A stretch of 64,000 bases of DNA from NCBI GenBank assembly GCA_964655215.1, contig CAZZMW010000011.1, positions 13,417 to 77,416 of the forward strand, given 5' to 3'. The translations under genes and the position numbers were made by a program. Positions 1-9,394 of the stretch are shown in pieces; the first letter of the stretch is position 1, and each line of letters opens with the position of its first letter. The notes beneath the pieces were generated by a model. The model saw only the letters and a list, made by a program, of their open reading frames with translations. It did no database searches and was not told the DNA's origin. This DNA comes from an uncultured Halothiobacillus sp. (GTDB lineage Bacteria > Pseudomonadota > Gammaproteobacteria > Halothiobacillales > Halothiobacillaceae).

Positions 1-2
1 CT

Positions 3-380
3 TCAGGTCGCCGTTCGCATATTCATGTGTTCGGTACAGATTACGAAACCCCGGATGGTAGTTGCCTGCGGGACTATATCCATGTACAGGATCTCTGTTC
101 TGCTCATCAGTTGGCATTGGAGTGGTTGCAAAAGCATGATCAAAGCCAGCAATTCAACCTGGGTAATGGCGATGGCTATTCGGTACTTGAGGTCATCACG
201 ACAGCCCGCGAAGTGACCGGCAAGGAAATCCCTGTCCTGATCGGCGATCGCCGGGTCGGAGACCCCGCTCGTTTGATTGCCGATGCTACTCTGGCGCACC
301 AACAGCTTGGTTGGAAACCCGATTATCCCGCCCTGGCGGATATGATTGCTCATGCATGGCACTGGGAACAATCTATCTAA
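3..380 (+). CDS. galE: UDP-glucose 4-epimerase, C-terminal part (5' end outside window)
   Basis: Frame is open to the window edge. FGTDYETPDGSCLRDYIHVQDL ... GDPARLIAD ... HAWHWEQ matches the conserved C-terminal half of GalE-type epimerases. Confidence 0.85.
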   Translation, partial: SGRRSHIHVFGTDYETPDGSCLRDYIHVQDLCSAHQLALEWLQKHDQSQQFNLGNGDGYSVLEVITTAREVTGKEIPVLIGDRRVGDPARLIADATLAHQQLGWKPDYPALADMIAHAWHWEQSI

Positions 381-556
381 AACCGGTTATATCGGGTTAT
401 TGCCCTGTTGCGTAAACCTGTCGACTTATTAATCCCGCCCAAAAATCCTTGAGATGACATCTTCCTGTCACAAGGTAGTATGGCTAGATGTCCGCCAATT
501 CTTCATAAGAAAGAAAGTGCTGGGTTCAAACGAGAAATCAAACGGGGTAATGCAGG

Positions 557-1951
557 ATGCAGATGTCAAAACACGTTTTTCGTGCCTTGGCCTGGGGTAT
601 GGTGACAATGGGCGTGGTTATGGGGGCTGCGTTCCCCGTGTTCGTGATGGGTTTCGGTGTTCCAAAATCAACCGCCTTTTCACCTACTTTCGTCATTGCC
701 ACACTCGTGGCAGGGCTTGTCGTCGGTGGGCTGAACTTCGCCCTTGCCAGCCGTATCGTCCGACCGCGCTTGCGGCAACTGAGCGCAAGAATGCAGCAAG
801 TACGTGCGGCCATGCAGTTGGCAACCTTCAGTGGAGACTGGACGGCTTGCAACCCGGCCGTTTGCCGTCTGCATGAACAGGACGAAGATGAACTCGGGGC
901 TGTTGCTCAAAGTTACAATGCTTTACTTCATGCTTTGCATGAAGCGCACATGGTCGAGGCACGGATTCGGGACTTCACCCAGACGCTCTCAAGCAAGCTT
1001 GATTTGCATGAGTTGGGCGATCAGGCGCTGGGGCTGTTGCAGGCTAATGCACATGCTCAGGGTGGAGCGATTGTGCTTGAGCGTCAGGGCGAGTGGACAG
1101 TACTGGCATCAAGAGGCCTCTCCCATCCTGAAAAGCTCGTTGAGAATAAAGTCTTTTTCAACTCGAAGGATGAGGCGGTTCAGATGAGAATCACCTTGCC
1201 GCCTGGCGTGACCGTTGATGCCATCCTTTCCCATTTCGTCCCCAGTGATGTCTTGCTGACGCCGATCGAGAACCACGGTTTTGTGTTGGGGTGGGTGGTC
1301 CTTGCCTCGGCTACCCCTTTTGCCGAGGATGTGCCTAGATTGATGCCTTTATTGATGCAAGGACTTGGTCTGGCGCTCAATAATGCGCTTCTGCATGATG
1401 ATCTTCAGCGTGTTGCCGCCCTTGATCCGCTAACAGGCATTTATAACCGTCGATTCGGCTACAAGCGCTTGGAAGAAGAACTGACGCGCGCCTCCCGTGA
1501 CCATACTTCTTTGTCCGTGTTACTGCTTGATCTGGACTATTTCAAGCGGGTGAACGATACGTATGGACATTTGAGTGGCGATAAAGTGCTCATTCGCACG
1601 GCCAACGTCTGCCGGGAAATCTTGCGAGAGGGTGATGTGCTGATGCGGTATGGGGGGGAGGAGTTCGTCGTGGTCTTGCCCGGTGCGAGTATTCAGGACG
1701 CACGCGAAGTGGCAGAGCGCATTCGCTTCGCCATCAGTCAGTCCCAAATCAATCTGGGCGACCAACTGCTCCAGGTGACATCGAGTATTGGTGTGGCGGC
1801 AACTACAGGGCAAAAGTCCATCGCCGCCGATGAATTGATTGCGCTGGCTGACGAGCGCTTGTACAAGGCAAAAGCGACTGGCCGAAACAAAGTCGTATCA
1901 GATGCCGTGATGGCGGCAAAACCTGTAGTGGCAACTAAAGCGGCACAATGA
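557..1951 (+). CDS. membrane-anchored diguanylate cyclase (TM helices + sensor/GAF-like region + GGDEF)
   Basis: Hydrophobic N-terminus. C-terminal DPLTGIYNRR ... RYGGEEF ... RLYKAKATGRN is the GGDEF domain signature. Confidence 0.85.
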   Translation: MQMSKHVFRALAWGMVTMGVVMGAAFPVFVMGFGVPKSTAFSPTFVIATLVAGLVVGGLNFALASRIVRPRLRQLSARMQQVRAAMQLATFSGDWTACNPAVCRLHEQDEDELGAVAQSYNALLHALHEAHMVEARIRDFTQTLSSKLDLHELGDQALGLLQANAHAQGGAIVLERQGEWTVLASRGLSHPEKLVENKVFFNSKDEAVQMRITLPPGVTVDAILSHFVPSDVLLTPIENHGFVLGWVVLASATPFAEDVPRLMPLLMQGLGLALNNALLHDDLQRVAALDPLTGIYNRRFGYKRLEEELTRASRDHTSLSVLLLDLDYFKRVNDTYGHLSGDKVLIRTANVCREILREGDVLMRYGGEEFVVVLPGASIQDAREVAERIRFAISQSQINLGDQLLQVTSSIGVAATTGQKSIAADELIALADERLYKAKATGRNKVVSDAVMAAKPVVATKAAQ

Positions 1952-1983
1952 CAGTTCCCGCTGCATGGAAATGAAATCAGCCC

Positions 1984-2011
1984 TTGACAACATTTTAGAA
2001 ATCTATAATAT
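1984..2011 (+). promoter_or_regulatory. candidate sigma70 promoter of the tRNA gene
   Basis: TTGACA at 1984-1989. TAATAT at 2006-2011 (16-bp spacer) overlaps TATAAT at 2004-2009 and is followed by a GC-rich discriminator (GCGCC). Lies 15-40 nt upstream of the tRNA 5' end. Confidence 0.4.
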
Positions 2012-2025
2012 GCGCCTCCTACTGA

Positions 2026-2102
<77 letters not shown>

Positions 2103-2108
2103 AACCTA

Positions 2109-2148
2109 AGCCCTTGATCGATAAGAAATTATCATCAGGGGCTTTTTC
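2109..2148 (+). terminator. rho-independent terminator after the tRNA
   Basis: AGCCCTTGATCGATAA / TTATCATCAGGGGCT imperfect hairpin followed by TTTTT. Confidence 0.55.
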
Positions 2149-2311
2149 TATGGCTCAAATCTTGTTCGGTTCACGCTTGGCGACAAACAAGGTTTGGGCA
2201 GCCTTTGTTTTATGTGTGTGCTCTGAATACTTATAAATCGTTCATAATCAAAATGAAGCGACAAGAAACAGACCTGGCACTGTGAATCTGGCCAGATCAA
2301 CAGGAGCGGAT

Positions 2312-3214
2312 ATGCGTAATTACACTACCTTTAGGCAACTTGAAATTTTCGAAGCTATTGCTCGGCTCGGAAGTTTTACCCGTGCCTCTGAAGAGCTTTT
2401 TCTGACGCAGCCAACGGTGTCCATGCAAATGAAGAAGCTATCGGAAATGGTTGGTGTTCCTTTGATCGAACAGTCGGGGAAGAAGATCTACCTGACAGAG
2501 GACGGACAGGAACTGGCGCAGGCAACGCGTGAAATTTTCGGCATCATGGATCGGTTTACAATGTCGGTTGCCGAAAGACAGGGTTTGAAGAAGGGCCAAT
2601 TGCGTCTGATGGCGATTACCACTGCTTCGTATTTTGCACCGCGTTTACTGGGCGAGTTCGCCAAGCTCTATCCGGGAATCGATGTGAGTTTGCGCGTCAC
2701 CAACAAGGAACAGGTATTGGCGAGTATTGCCAATAATCTGGATGATCTTTATCTGCTTGGCCAGCCACCCGAGGATATGGAAATCGAATCCACGCCCATC
2801 ATGGATAACCCAATTATCGTGCTGGCCGCGCCGGATCACCCTTTGGCCAATGAGAAAAACATAAGCCTCAAGCGCCTGGCCCAAGAACCGTGGCTGATGC
2901 GTGAAAAAGGCTCCGGTACCCGCAACGCCATTGAGCGAAGGTTCGCTGAATTGGGCATTACGGTTCGTCCACGACTGGAGTTGGGTAGTAACGAGGCCAT
3001 CAAGCAGGCGATTCTTACCGGACTCGGTATTTCAGCATTGTCGCGCGACACGCTTACACTCAATCAACCCGGTCAGTTCGCAATTCTGGACGTGCAGGGG
3101 TTTCCGATTCTGCGGCATTGGTATGCCATCTATCCTGCCGGTCGGAAACTTTCGGTTGCCGCGCGGGCATTCCTGGATTATTTGTTGGAGCGCCCCGAGC
3201 AAGTCAACACCTGA
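2312..3214 (+). CDS. LysR-family regulator, CbbR-like paralog 1
   Basis: N-terminal wHTH FRQLEIFEAIARLGSFTRASEELFLTQPTVSMQMKKLSE and a LysR substrate-binding domain. AGGAG sits 6 nt upstream of the ATG at 2312. Convergent with cbbO. Confidence 0.85.
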   Translation: MRNYTTFRQLEIFEAIARLGSFTRASEELFLTQPTVSMQMKKLSEMVGVPLIEQSGKKIYLTEDGQELAQATREIFGIMDRFTMSVAERQGLKKGQLRLMAITTASYFAPRLLGEFAKLYPGIDVSLRVTNKEQVLASIANNLDDLYLLGQPPEDMEIESTPIMDNPIIVLAAPDHPLANEKNISLKRLAQEPWLMREKGSGTRNAIERRFAELGITVRPRLELGSNEAIKQAILTGLGISALSRDTLTLNQPGQFAILDVQGFPILRHWYAIYPAGRKLSVAARAFLDYLLERPEQVNT

Positions 3215-3271
3215 GTCGGTGTTTTCTCCAATGCACGCCTGACCTCAGGGTTTGTCATCAGGGTCGATAGA

Positions 3272-5542
3272 CTATTTGGTCAACGCCATAAACAGCTGCG
3301 GTAAGCGTTCGGGCAGGCGCTCGATATGGTCGATGATCGTGTACTGCTGGCCGAATATGTCGCGAACATAATCGTCATCGCCGGTTTTCAAGCTGGCATC
3401 CAAACTTATGCAATAGGGGAAAATCCCCTGTTGATCGAGTTCCTTGACCGCTTGGCGAGCGTCCTCAATCAAAAGACGATCATCTGAAGTGTCCACGTCC
3501 GAAGGCTTGCCGTCGGTAAGGATCAGCATGAGTTTCTTGTCTGCCTTTTGGGCGCTGAGGTAATGGGCTGCGTGGCGCATTGCCGCGCCCATGCGGGTTG
3601 AATAGCCAGCTTCCATTTTCGCCAGACGGGCTTTGACCTCATCGTCCCAGCGTTCGCTGTAGCCTTTGATGTGCTGATAACGTACTTCGTGACGGGTGTT
3701 GGAATGAAAGCCAGCGATGGCGAAGGGGTCGCCGAGCTTGTCGATGGCCCAGGCCAGAAGTGATACGGCCTCCTGGCTGAGTTCAAGAATGGTCTGTTCA
3801 CTACCCGCCGCCTTTTCATTGAGCGATTCCGACAGGTCGAGTAGCAGCATGACGGCAATGCTGCGACCGTTGGTACGGTGACTCATATTGATGCGAGGGT
3901 CGGGGTTTGCGCCACTTTTGTAGTCGATCAGTGAGCGGATGGCCACGTCAAGATCCAGCTCACTGCCTTCTTCCTGATAGCGGATACGAACCTTGTCCTG
4001 CGGCTTGAGTGCGTCGAGCATTTTCTGGAGATGTTTCGCGAGAGCCGCATGTTTTTGCAGTAGACGGTCAATATCGGCGGCATTACCACTGGGGTGTAGT
4101 GCTTCATAGACGCTCACCCAATCCGGACGATAGCTTTGGCTGTTGTAATCCCACTCGGAATAATGGCGCGGTGGAAGGCCCTGAATTTCCTGTGGTTCGA
4201 TCTTGCGTTGTTCGTCGAAGGCTTCTTCCTCGTCGCCCGCTTCGATGAATTTCCACAGTTGACGGTTATCGTCACGGTACTCAATGACGGTATTATCGAA
4301 ATGAACCTTGGCGAACTGATCGCTCTGGCGACGCGTACGGGCCACATAACTCAGTGCCAGAAGGGCAACCTCATTGGTCGTTGTGGTTTCTTGCGCCATG
4401 AGCGTATTGAAACGCGCGACGAATTCATTGAGGTCGGCATCGTGGTAGCCGTGATCCGGGTCGAGCAGAGCCCGTGAGAGCATGGCGAGCCGATGGCGCA
4501 GACAGGAGGTGGTCTCCGGGTCGCAGGCATTCTCTTCCGGTTTGGGATGCAGTGCGAGAAAGAGTTTCCGCATACCGGGATATTCGCGAATCAGTAGCGT
4601 GTCGATGCGACAGTCTTCAAAGAACTCGACCGCCATGCGCTGGAATGGACTCCAGTTGTCAGCGATCTGCGCTTCGGACCAGCGACGGTGCCCAACGATG
4701 TGCGCGAGCATGGCACGGTAGCGATCAATGCCTCGGATACCATTACTGTCGTCGCATACATCCGGCAGTCGAATGCCGAGTTTGTCGTAATAAGGAATGG
4801 GCTTTCGTATTTCATCAAACGCGGTGGAGTAGGGCACCAATTGCTCGCTGTCCTGCCACAAAGCGCGCAGATACATATCAAGATTTCGCTCGTTGTCGAC
4901 CAGTAGCGTGCCATGCCGTTCGCGTTGTAGCACGGCGCGGCTGTCCGCTGATTGCAGGCTGAAGTAATCCTTCTGGCGTTCGGGATGGTTGTTGTAGTTG
5001 CGGATTCCATAATCCACCCAATTCTTCATGCCGGAGAGCGTGAGCAAGCTGAGCAGGTTCGGTGCCTGAGTCAGAAAGTCAGGTAATCCGGGACTGGGGA
5101 ATGTGGTGTGATGCCCATGGATCGAACCAGTGGTTTTCTCCATCAGATCCAGTGTGATATCCAGATATCCCTGAAGTTGTTCTGCCGATTGCAGCCGACG
5201 CGCTACTGGTGCCAGTGTGCGGATAAACGGATCAATGGCTCGGCCATTGGGCGATTTTTGCATGACACGGATGGTGCCCATAACGGCCGGAAGTGCGTAT
5301 TCACCTACTGCTCTTGCCGTTGCGGGCCATTCCTCCAAGAACGCCAGCAGTGGCTCCACCCCGCGCCCGAGTTTGCCAATCACGCGAGCGGCTTCGAGAT
5401 AGGCATCGATCCCTTCGGTTCCGAGAGATGCGAGTGCTTCGGTTATGCAGTCTTCGAAGATGGCTTCAGCCTGGGGAAACCGGGTGTCGAGCTTTGTCCA
5501 ATATGCCTGGAGCTGGGGATCCTGGGAAAGCGTGTTATCCAT
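3272..5542 (-). CDS. cbbO: RuBisCO activase subunit CbbO (vWA-domain protein)
   Basis: Directly downstream of cbbQ. C-terminal vWA with MIDAS-like LLLDLSES. Start placed at MDNTLSQDPQLQAYW; the upstream extension of the ORF overlaps the Cys-rich ORF. Confidence 0.85.
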   Translation of the reverse strand: MDNTLSQDPQLQAYWTKLDTRFPQAEAIFEDCITEALASLGTEGIDAYLEAARVIGKLGRGVEPLLAFLEEWPATARAVGEYALPAVMGTIRVMQKSPNGRAIDPFIRTLAPVARRLQSAEQLQGYLDITLDLMEKTTGSIHGHHTTFPSPGLPDFLTQAPNLLSLLTLSGMKNWVDYGIRNYNNHPERQKDYFSLQSADSRAVLQRERHGTLLVDNERNLDMYLRALWQDSEQLVPYSTAFDEIRKPIPYYDKLGIRLPDVCDDSNGIRGIDRYRAMLAHIVGHRRWSEAQIADNWSPFQRMAVEFFEDCRIDTLLIREYPGMRKLFLALHPKPEENACDPETTSCLRHRLAMLSRALLDPDHGYHDADLNEFVARFNTLMAQETTTTNEVALLALSYVARTRRQSDQFAKVHFDNTVIEYRDDNRQLWKFIEAGDEEEAFDEQRKIEPQEIQGLPPRHYSEWDYNSQSYRPDWVSVYEALHPSGNAADIDRLLQKHAALAKHLQKMLDALKPQDKVRIRYQEEGSELDLDVAIRSLIDYKSGANPDPRINMSHRTNGRSIAVMLLLDLSESLNEKAAGSEQTILELSQEAVSLLAWAIDKLGDPFAIAGFHSNTRHEVRYQHIKGYSERWDDEVKARLAKMEAGYSTRMGAAMRHAAHYLSAQKADKKLMLILTDGKPSDVDTSDDRLLIEDARQAVKELDQQGIFPYCISLDASLKTGDDDYVRDIFGQQYTIIDHIERLPERLPQLFMALTK

Positions 5543-5762
5543 GGCAGCCGCAGCTTCCTTTGCCGGAAATTTGGATGGGGGGGCACGGAACGCTGCCATA
5601 GGAGCAGAAGACACAGCAATCACCCGGCTTAGGGCGTAGCAACTCGTGACATTGCGTGCATTCATAAAACCATTGGCAAGCGTCGGTAGGCATGGTTTCT
5701 TGTTGCGCAAAGCCGCAATGCGGACAGGTGAGAACGGAGGTTGTGATGATTGATTGCTCCAT
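5535..5762 (-). CDS. small Cys-rich protein with GDCCVxC motif (75 aa)
   Basis: MEQSIITTSVLTCPHCGF...CQWFYECTQCHELLRPKPGDCCVFCSYGSVPCPP...CGCHG (12 Cys). GAGGTGG SD lies 3 nt upstream of the ATG. The start is 16 nt after the cbbQ stop, and the stop overlaps the cbbO ATG by 8 nt (ATGGATAA). Confidence 0.6.
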   Translation of the reverse strand: MEQSIITTSVLTCPHCGFAQQETMPTDACQWFYECTQCHELLRPKPGDCCVFCSYGSVPCPPIQISGKGSCGCHG

Positions 5763-5778
5763 TTCCACCTCGAGTAGG

Positions 5779-6582
5779 TTAGGCAAAGGTTGTGTCGATC
5801 GCATGATCCAGTGTTTCACGGATGTCGACATCATCGGTGATTGGGCAAACCAGCGCCATGCGGCAAGCATCTTGTGGCGACACACCATCCTTGATCAGGG
5901 TTGCTGCATAGACAAGCAGACGGGTTGAAATACCTTCGTCGAGTCCGTGTCCTTTCAGATTGCGGGCCACGTTGCCGATTTTCACCAACTTGGCGACCGT
6001 ATCGGACGCCATGCCGGTTTCCTTGGCCACAATCTCGGTTTCAAGTGCTGCATCCGGATAATCGAAATCGAAGGCGGTAAAACGCTGCTTGGTGGATTGC
6101 TTCAAATCCTTCATCAAGGTCTGATAGCCGGGATTATAGGAAATCACCAACTGGAAATCAGGATGTGCGTGGATCAGTTCGCCCTTTTTGTCCAGTGGCA
6201 GGGTGCGGCGATGATCGGTCAGAGGATGAATAACCACCGTGGTGTCCTGTCGAGCTTCAACTACTTCATCGAGATAGCAGATGGCACCGATACGAGCGGC
6301 GGTAGTCAACGGGCCATCAAGCCAGCGCGTGCCACCTTCGTCAAGCAGGTAGCGACCCACGAGGTCTGAGGCCGTCATGTCTTCATTACACGCCACCGTG
6401 ATCAGCGGTTTGCCCAGCTTCCACGCCATGTATTCGACAAAACGGGATTTGCCACAGCCGGTCGGACCTTTAACCATAACAGGCAGATGATTGCGGTAGG
6501 CCGACTCATACAGCGCCACTTCGTTTTTCTGCTGTTGATAGAAAGGTTCATGCTGGATTTTGTATTGTTCTGTATCGGTCAT
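5779..6582 (-). CDS. cbbQ: RuBisCO activase AAA+ ATPase CbbQ (MoxR class)
   Basis: Walker A GPTGCGKS, 267 aa, typical CbbQ/NorQ sequence. Located between cbbM and cbbO. Confidence 0.9.
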   Translation of the reverse strand: MTDTEQYKIQHEPFYQQQKNEVALYESAYRNHLPVMVKGPTGCGKSRFVEYMAWKLGKPLITVACNEDMTASDLVGRYLLDEGGTRWLDGPLTTAARIGAICYLDEVVEARQDTTVVIHPLTDHRRTLPLDKKGELIHAHPDFQLVISYNPGYQTLMKDLKQSTKQRFTAFDFDYPDAALETEIVAKETGMASDTVAKLVKIGNVARNLKGHGLDEGISTRLLVYAATLIKDGVSPQDACRMALVCPITDDVDIRETLDHAIDTTFA

Positions 6583-6727
6583 GGCGTTGTTCCCTATCGA
6601 TTTGGCTCGGAAGATTGCCCCTGTATGGTCGTCCTGAGAGGGCGGTCAAGGGCGGTGGGACTGAAGAAGCAAGCTGGGCGATGCACACATCTCGGCATGT
6701 GCATGGCTCAGATGGCCATAAGTCAGG

Positions 6728-6757
6728 CGTAAAACACCCCCGGCGAACCGAGGGTGT
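6728..6757 (-). terminator. hairpin + U-tract just after cbbM (terminator or attenuator before cbbQ)
   Basis: On the minus strand, ACACCCTCGG-TTCG-CCGGGGGTGT (10-bp stem with one G-U and a tetraloop) is followed by TTTTAC. It lies about 20 nt after the cbbM stop. Confidence 0.6.
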
Positions 6758-6778
6758 GTGTCTTACGCTAGGCGTCGA

Positions 6779-8158
6779 TTACTTGTGGACGCCCAGTTTT
6801 TCGCGCCAGCCCGGATAGAGCTTGTCGGCGTCTTTCGGGAAGGATTCGAATGCACGCGCAAATTCTTTGTGCTCTTTAGCGTATTCGATCGGATCGGCAC
6901 CGGCTTTCCAGCACTCGTAGGATTGACGCAGAGAGATCGCGCCAGCCGCCGGGCTGTCGATGTGGCCGTAAGAACCACCACCTGCGGTGTTGATGACGTT
7001 GCCGTGGCCCAGGTTCTCGAAGAAGCCGGGCAGACGCAGTGCGTTCATGCCGCCGGAGATGATTGGCGTGGTGGGCTTCATGCCGTACCACTTTTGGAAG
7101 TACACCGGACCTTGCGCTTCGTCACGCTCAATCATGTACGCGATGTTGCGGTCGTCGCCTTCGCCTTCCATCTTGCCGTAGCCCATGGTGCCCACGTGGA
7201 TACCGGAAGCACCTTGCAGACGGGAGATCTTCGCCAGAACGAACGCGGTGTAACCACGCTTGGATGATGGAGAAGTGATCATGCCGTGACCGGCACGGTG
7301 GTAGTGCAGATACTGACTTGGGTATTGACGACGGGCCGTGGTGATCATGCCTGGGCCGCCAACGAAACCGTCGACGAGGAAGGCGAGTTTGTCGGCATCG
7401 GGACCGAATACTTCCAGTGCGTAATCGGCACGGGCCAGCATTTCATAATGGTCGTCAGCGGTGATGTTCATGGAGAACAACTTGGCTTGACCGGTTTCGT
7501 CTTGGGCACGTTTCATTGAGTCGTACACGAGCGGCAGAACTTTCTTCAGCGGGCAGAATACCTGGTTGCCTTGTGGTTCATCGTTCTTGATGAAGTCGCC
7601 ACCCAGCCAGAACTGGTATGCAGCAGCGGCAAATGGCTCAGGGCGCAGGCCCAGTTTCGGCTTGATGATGGTACCGGCAATGTAACCGCCGTTTTCGATC
7701 GGACGACCGAGGATGCGCCACAGGTTGGAGATGTCGGTGGCTGGGCCGTCGAACATCTGGATGCAACGCTCTGGAACATAGAAATCGATCATCTGACCGT
7801 ATTCGATGTCGCCCATGCCTTGGTTGTTACCGATAACCAGGGTCAGGAACGACACGATCATGAAGCGACCGTCAGTGACGTTGCGGTCGAACAGTTCGAT
7901 CGGATATGCAATGCGCATGTCTTCGGTGGCTTCATCGATGTGATAAACCAGCGCGTCAACACCTTTGGTGAAGTCGTCAGTGGTTGAAACTTCTACGTTG
8001 GTACCGGTTGAAGATTCAGCCGCGAAGTGAGCGGCGGCTTCGAGGTAACCGTGGCCTGCTTTTGGCTTCATTTTGTAGGCGACAAGAATGTGCTTGCCAC
8101 CGGCAATCAGATCTTCTTCTTTCAGGCTGAGGTCGGCGTAACGCGCGGATTGATCCAT
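6779..8158 (-). CDS. cbbM: RuBisCO form II large subunit
   Basis: 459 aa, collinear with Rhodospirillum rubrum CbbM as recalled ([54 protein letters not shown]-like). No small-subunit gene follows. Confidence 0.95.
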   Translation of the reverse strand: MDQSARYADLSLKEEDLIAGGKHILVAYKMKPKAGHGYLEAAAHFAAESSTGTNVEVSTTDDFTKGVDALVYHIDEATEDMRIAYPIELFDRNVTDGRFMIVSFLTLVIGNNQGMGDIEYGQMIDFYVPERCIQMFDGPATDISNLWRILGRPIENGGYIAGTIIKPKLGLRPEPFAAAAYQFWLGGDFIKNDEPQGNQVFCPLKKVLPLVYDSMKRAQDETGQAKLFSMNITADDHYEMLARADYALEVFGPDADKLAFLVDGFVGGPGMITTARRQYPSQYLHYHRAGHGMITSPSSKRGYTAFVLAKISRLQGASGIHVGTMGYGKMEGEGDDRNIAYMIERDEAQGPVYFQKWYGMKPTTPIISGGMNALRLPGFFENLGHGNVINTAGGGSYGHIDSPAAGAISLRQSYECWKAGADPIEYAKEHKEFARAFESFPKDADKLYPGWREKLGVHK

Positions 8159-8184
8159 GATGTAACTCCTCTGTTTATAAAAAA

Positions 8185-8202
8185 TTCAGGACGAACCCTG
8201 AA
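8185..8202. promoter_or_regulatory. perfect inverted repeat in the cbbM leader / cbbR-cbbM control region
   Basis: TTCAGG-N6-CCTGAA, 27-44 nt upstream of the cbbM ATG. Confidence 0.3.
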
Positions 8203-8283
8203 CACGCCGCTGCACTTTAAAACCCGCCTGATATAATTAATAATCAATAATCTTTAGATAAAGCATAAGGCTGAACTTATACA

Positions 8284-9186
8284 ATGCGCCGACTAACTTT
8301 GCGTCAATTGGTGGTCTTTGAGGCCGTGGCAAGACATCTGTCCTTCTCCAAGGCAGCGGCAGAACTTCACTTGAGCCAGCCCGGTGTTTCCATGCAGGTA
8401 CGTAAGATTGAATCATTCGTTGGGTTGCCACTCACGGAACAGGTCGGAAAACAAATCTTTCTGACCGAAGCGGGGCGAAATGTTCAGCATGCAGCCGGAA
8501 ACATATCAGCTCAGCTGACTGATCTTGGCAATGCCCTGGCGCGACTCAAAGGCGTTGAAGAGGGGCAATTGAATATTGCGGTGACCTCTACGGTGAATGC
8601 GGTGGCAACGGGAATCCTAGCCGGATTCCGTGGACGTTACCCTAAAGTGTCGATCCACCTTGAAGTATCCAACCGGGCCGAAGTGTTGAGTTTGTTGTCA
8701 GAAAACCGGATTGACCTAGCTATCATGGGGCAGGTTCCCGATGGTTTGGGTCTTGAGGCGACACAATTCATGGATAACCCGCTGGTTGTGATCGCACCGG
8801 TCGATCACCCCTGGGTCGGCCGGTCTGATATTCCGATCGCCGAACTTGCGAACGAATCCTTTCTCGTGCGAGAGGATGGCTCGGGTACACAGGGCGCTAT
8901 GGAGCGGTTCTTTTCAGCCAGAGAGTTGAAAATCCACAAAAGCATGCAAATGAACAGTAACGAGGCGATCAAAATGGCCGTTCAGGCCGGATTGGGCTTG
9001 GGGATCATCTCGAAACAGACATTGGAAATGGAGTTGATGCTCAAGCGTCTGGCCGTACTTTCTGTAGAAGGATTCCCGATCATGCGTCATTGGTTCATCG
9101 TTCACCGCAGTGACAAACTCCTCTCACCAGTTGCCTCGGCTTTCAAGACCTACCTATTGGCTGAGTCGGCCACCCTTGTGCAGTGA
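8284..9186 (+). CDS. cbbR: LysR-family regulator CbbR (divergent from cbbM)
   Basis: wHTH LRQLVVFEAVARHLSFSKAAAELHLSQPGVSMQVRKIES. Classical divergent arrangement with a 125-bp shared control region. Confidence 0.85.
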   Translation: MRRLTLRQLVVFEAVARHLSFSKAAAELHLSQPGVSMQVRKIESFVGLPLTEQVGKQIFLTEAGRNVQHAAGNISAQLTDLGNALARLKGVEEGQLNIAVTSTVNAVATGILAGFRGRYPKVSIHLEVSNRAEVLSLLSENRIDLAIMGQVPDGLGLEATQFMDNPLVVIAPVDHPWVGRSDIPIAELANESFLVREDGSGTQGAMERFFSARELKIHKSMQMNSNEAIKMAVQAGLGLGIISKQTLEMELMLKRLAVLSVEGFPIMRHWFIVHRSDKLLSPVASAFKTYLLAESATLVQ

Positions 9187-9394
9187 TTTTTCTTCCGGCG
9201 AATTTTCTGGATGGGTCTAAAAGACTGCCAACCTTTTGGGGAAAGCCTCTGTTCTGAATTCAGTCGCCAAGCTGTAATCAATAACGGTTACGGTGGTTTT
9301 TTTATCAGCTGCAAAGTATGGGTTCGAATGCGCGTTAATTGACGATAAGAGATACAGTGGAAGAAATGTGATCTGTATCCGATTCGGGGGCGTT

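Noticed and set aside
454-910. ORFs overlapping the 5' end of the GGDEF gene (140, 104 and 76 aa).
   Set aside because: They are out of frame or antisense to a gene with clear TM and GGDEF architecture, and they have no independent support.
1984-2009. TTGACA paired with TATAAT (2004-2009) as a textbook promoter.
   Set aside because: The spacer would be only 14 bp. The overlapping TAATAT at 2006-2011 gives a workable 16-bp spacer, so the call is kept at low confidence with that -10.
5543-5710. Upstream 56-codon extension of the cbbO ORF (track start at 5710).
   Set aside because: The extension has no CbbO-like sequence and fully overlaps the Cys-rich ORF, which has a much better SD and a recognisable motif. 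The conserved CbbO N-terminus begins at MDNTLSQ (5542).
9293-9394. N-terminal extension of the P-type ATPase ORF (GTG at 9293).
   Set aside because: The extension has no pump-like sequence. MSSHQTV at 9395 gives a typical cytoplasmic N-terminus. The start remains uncertain.
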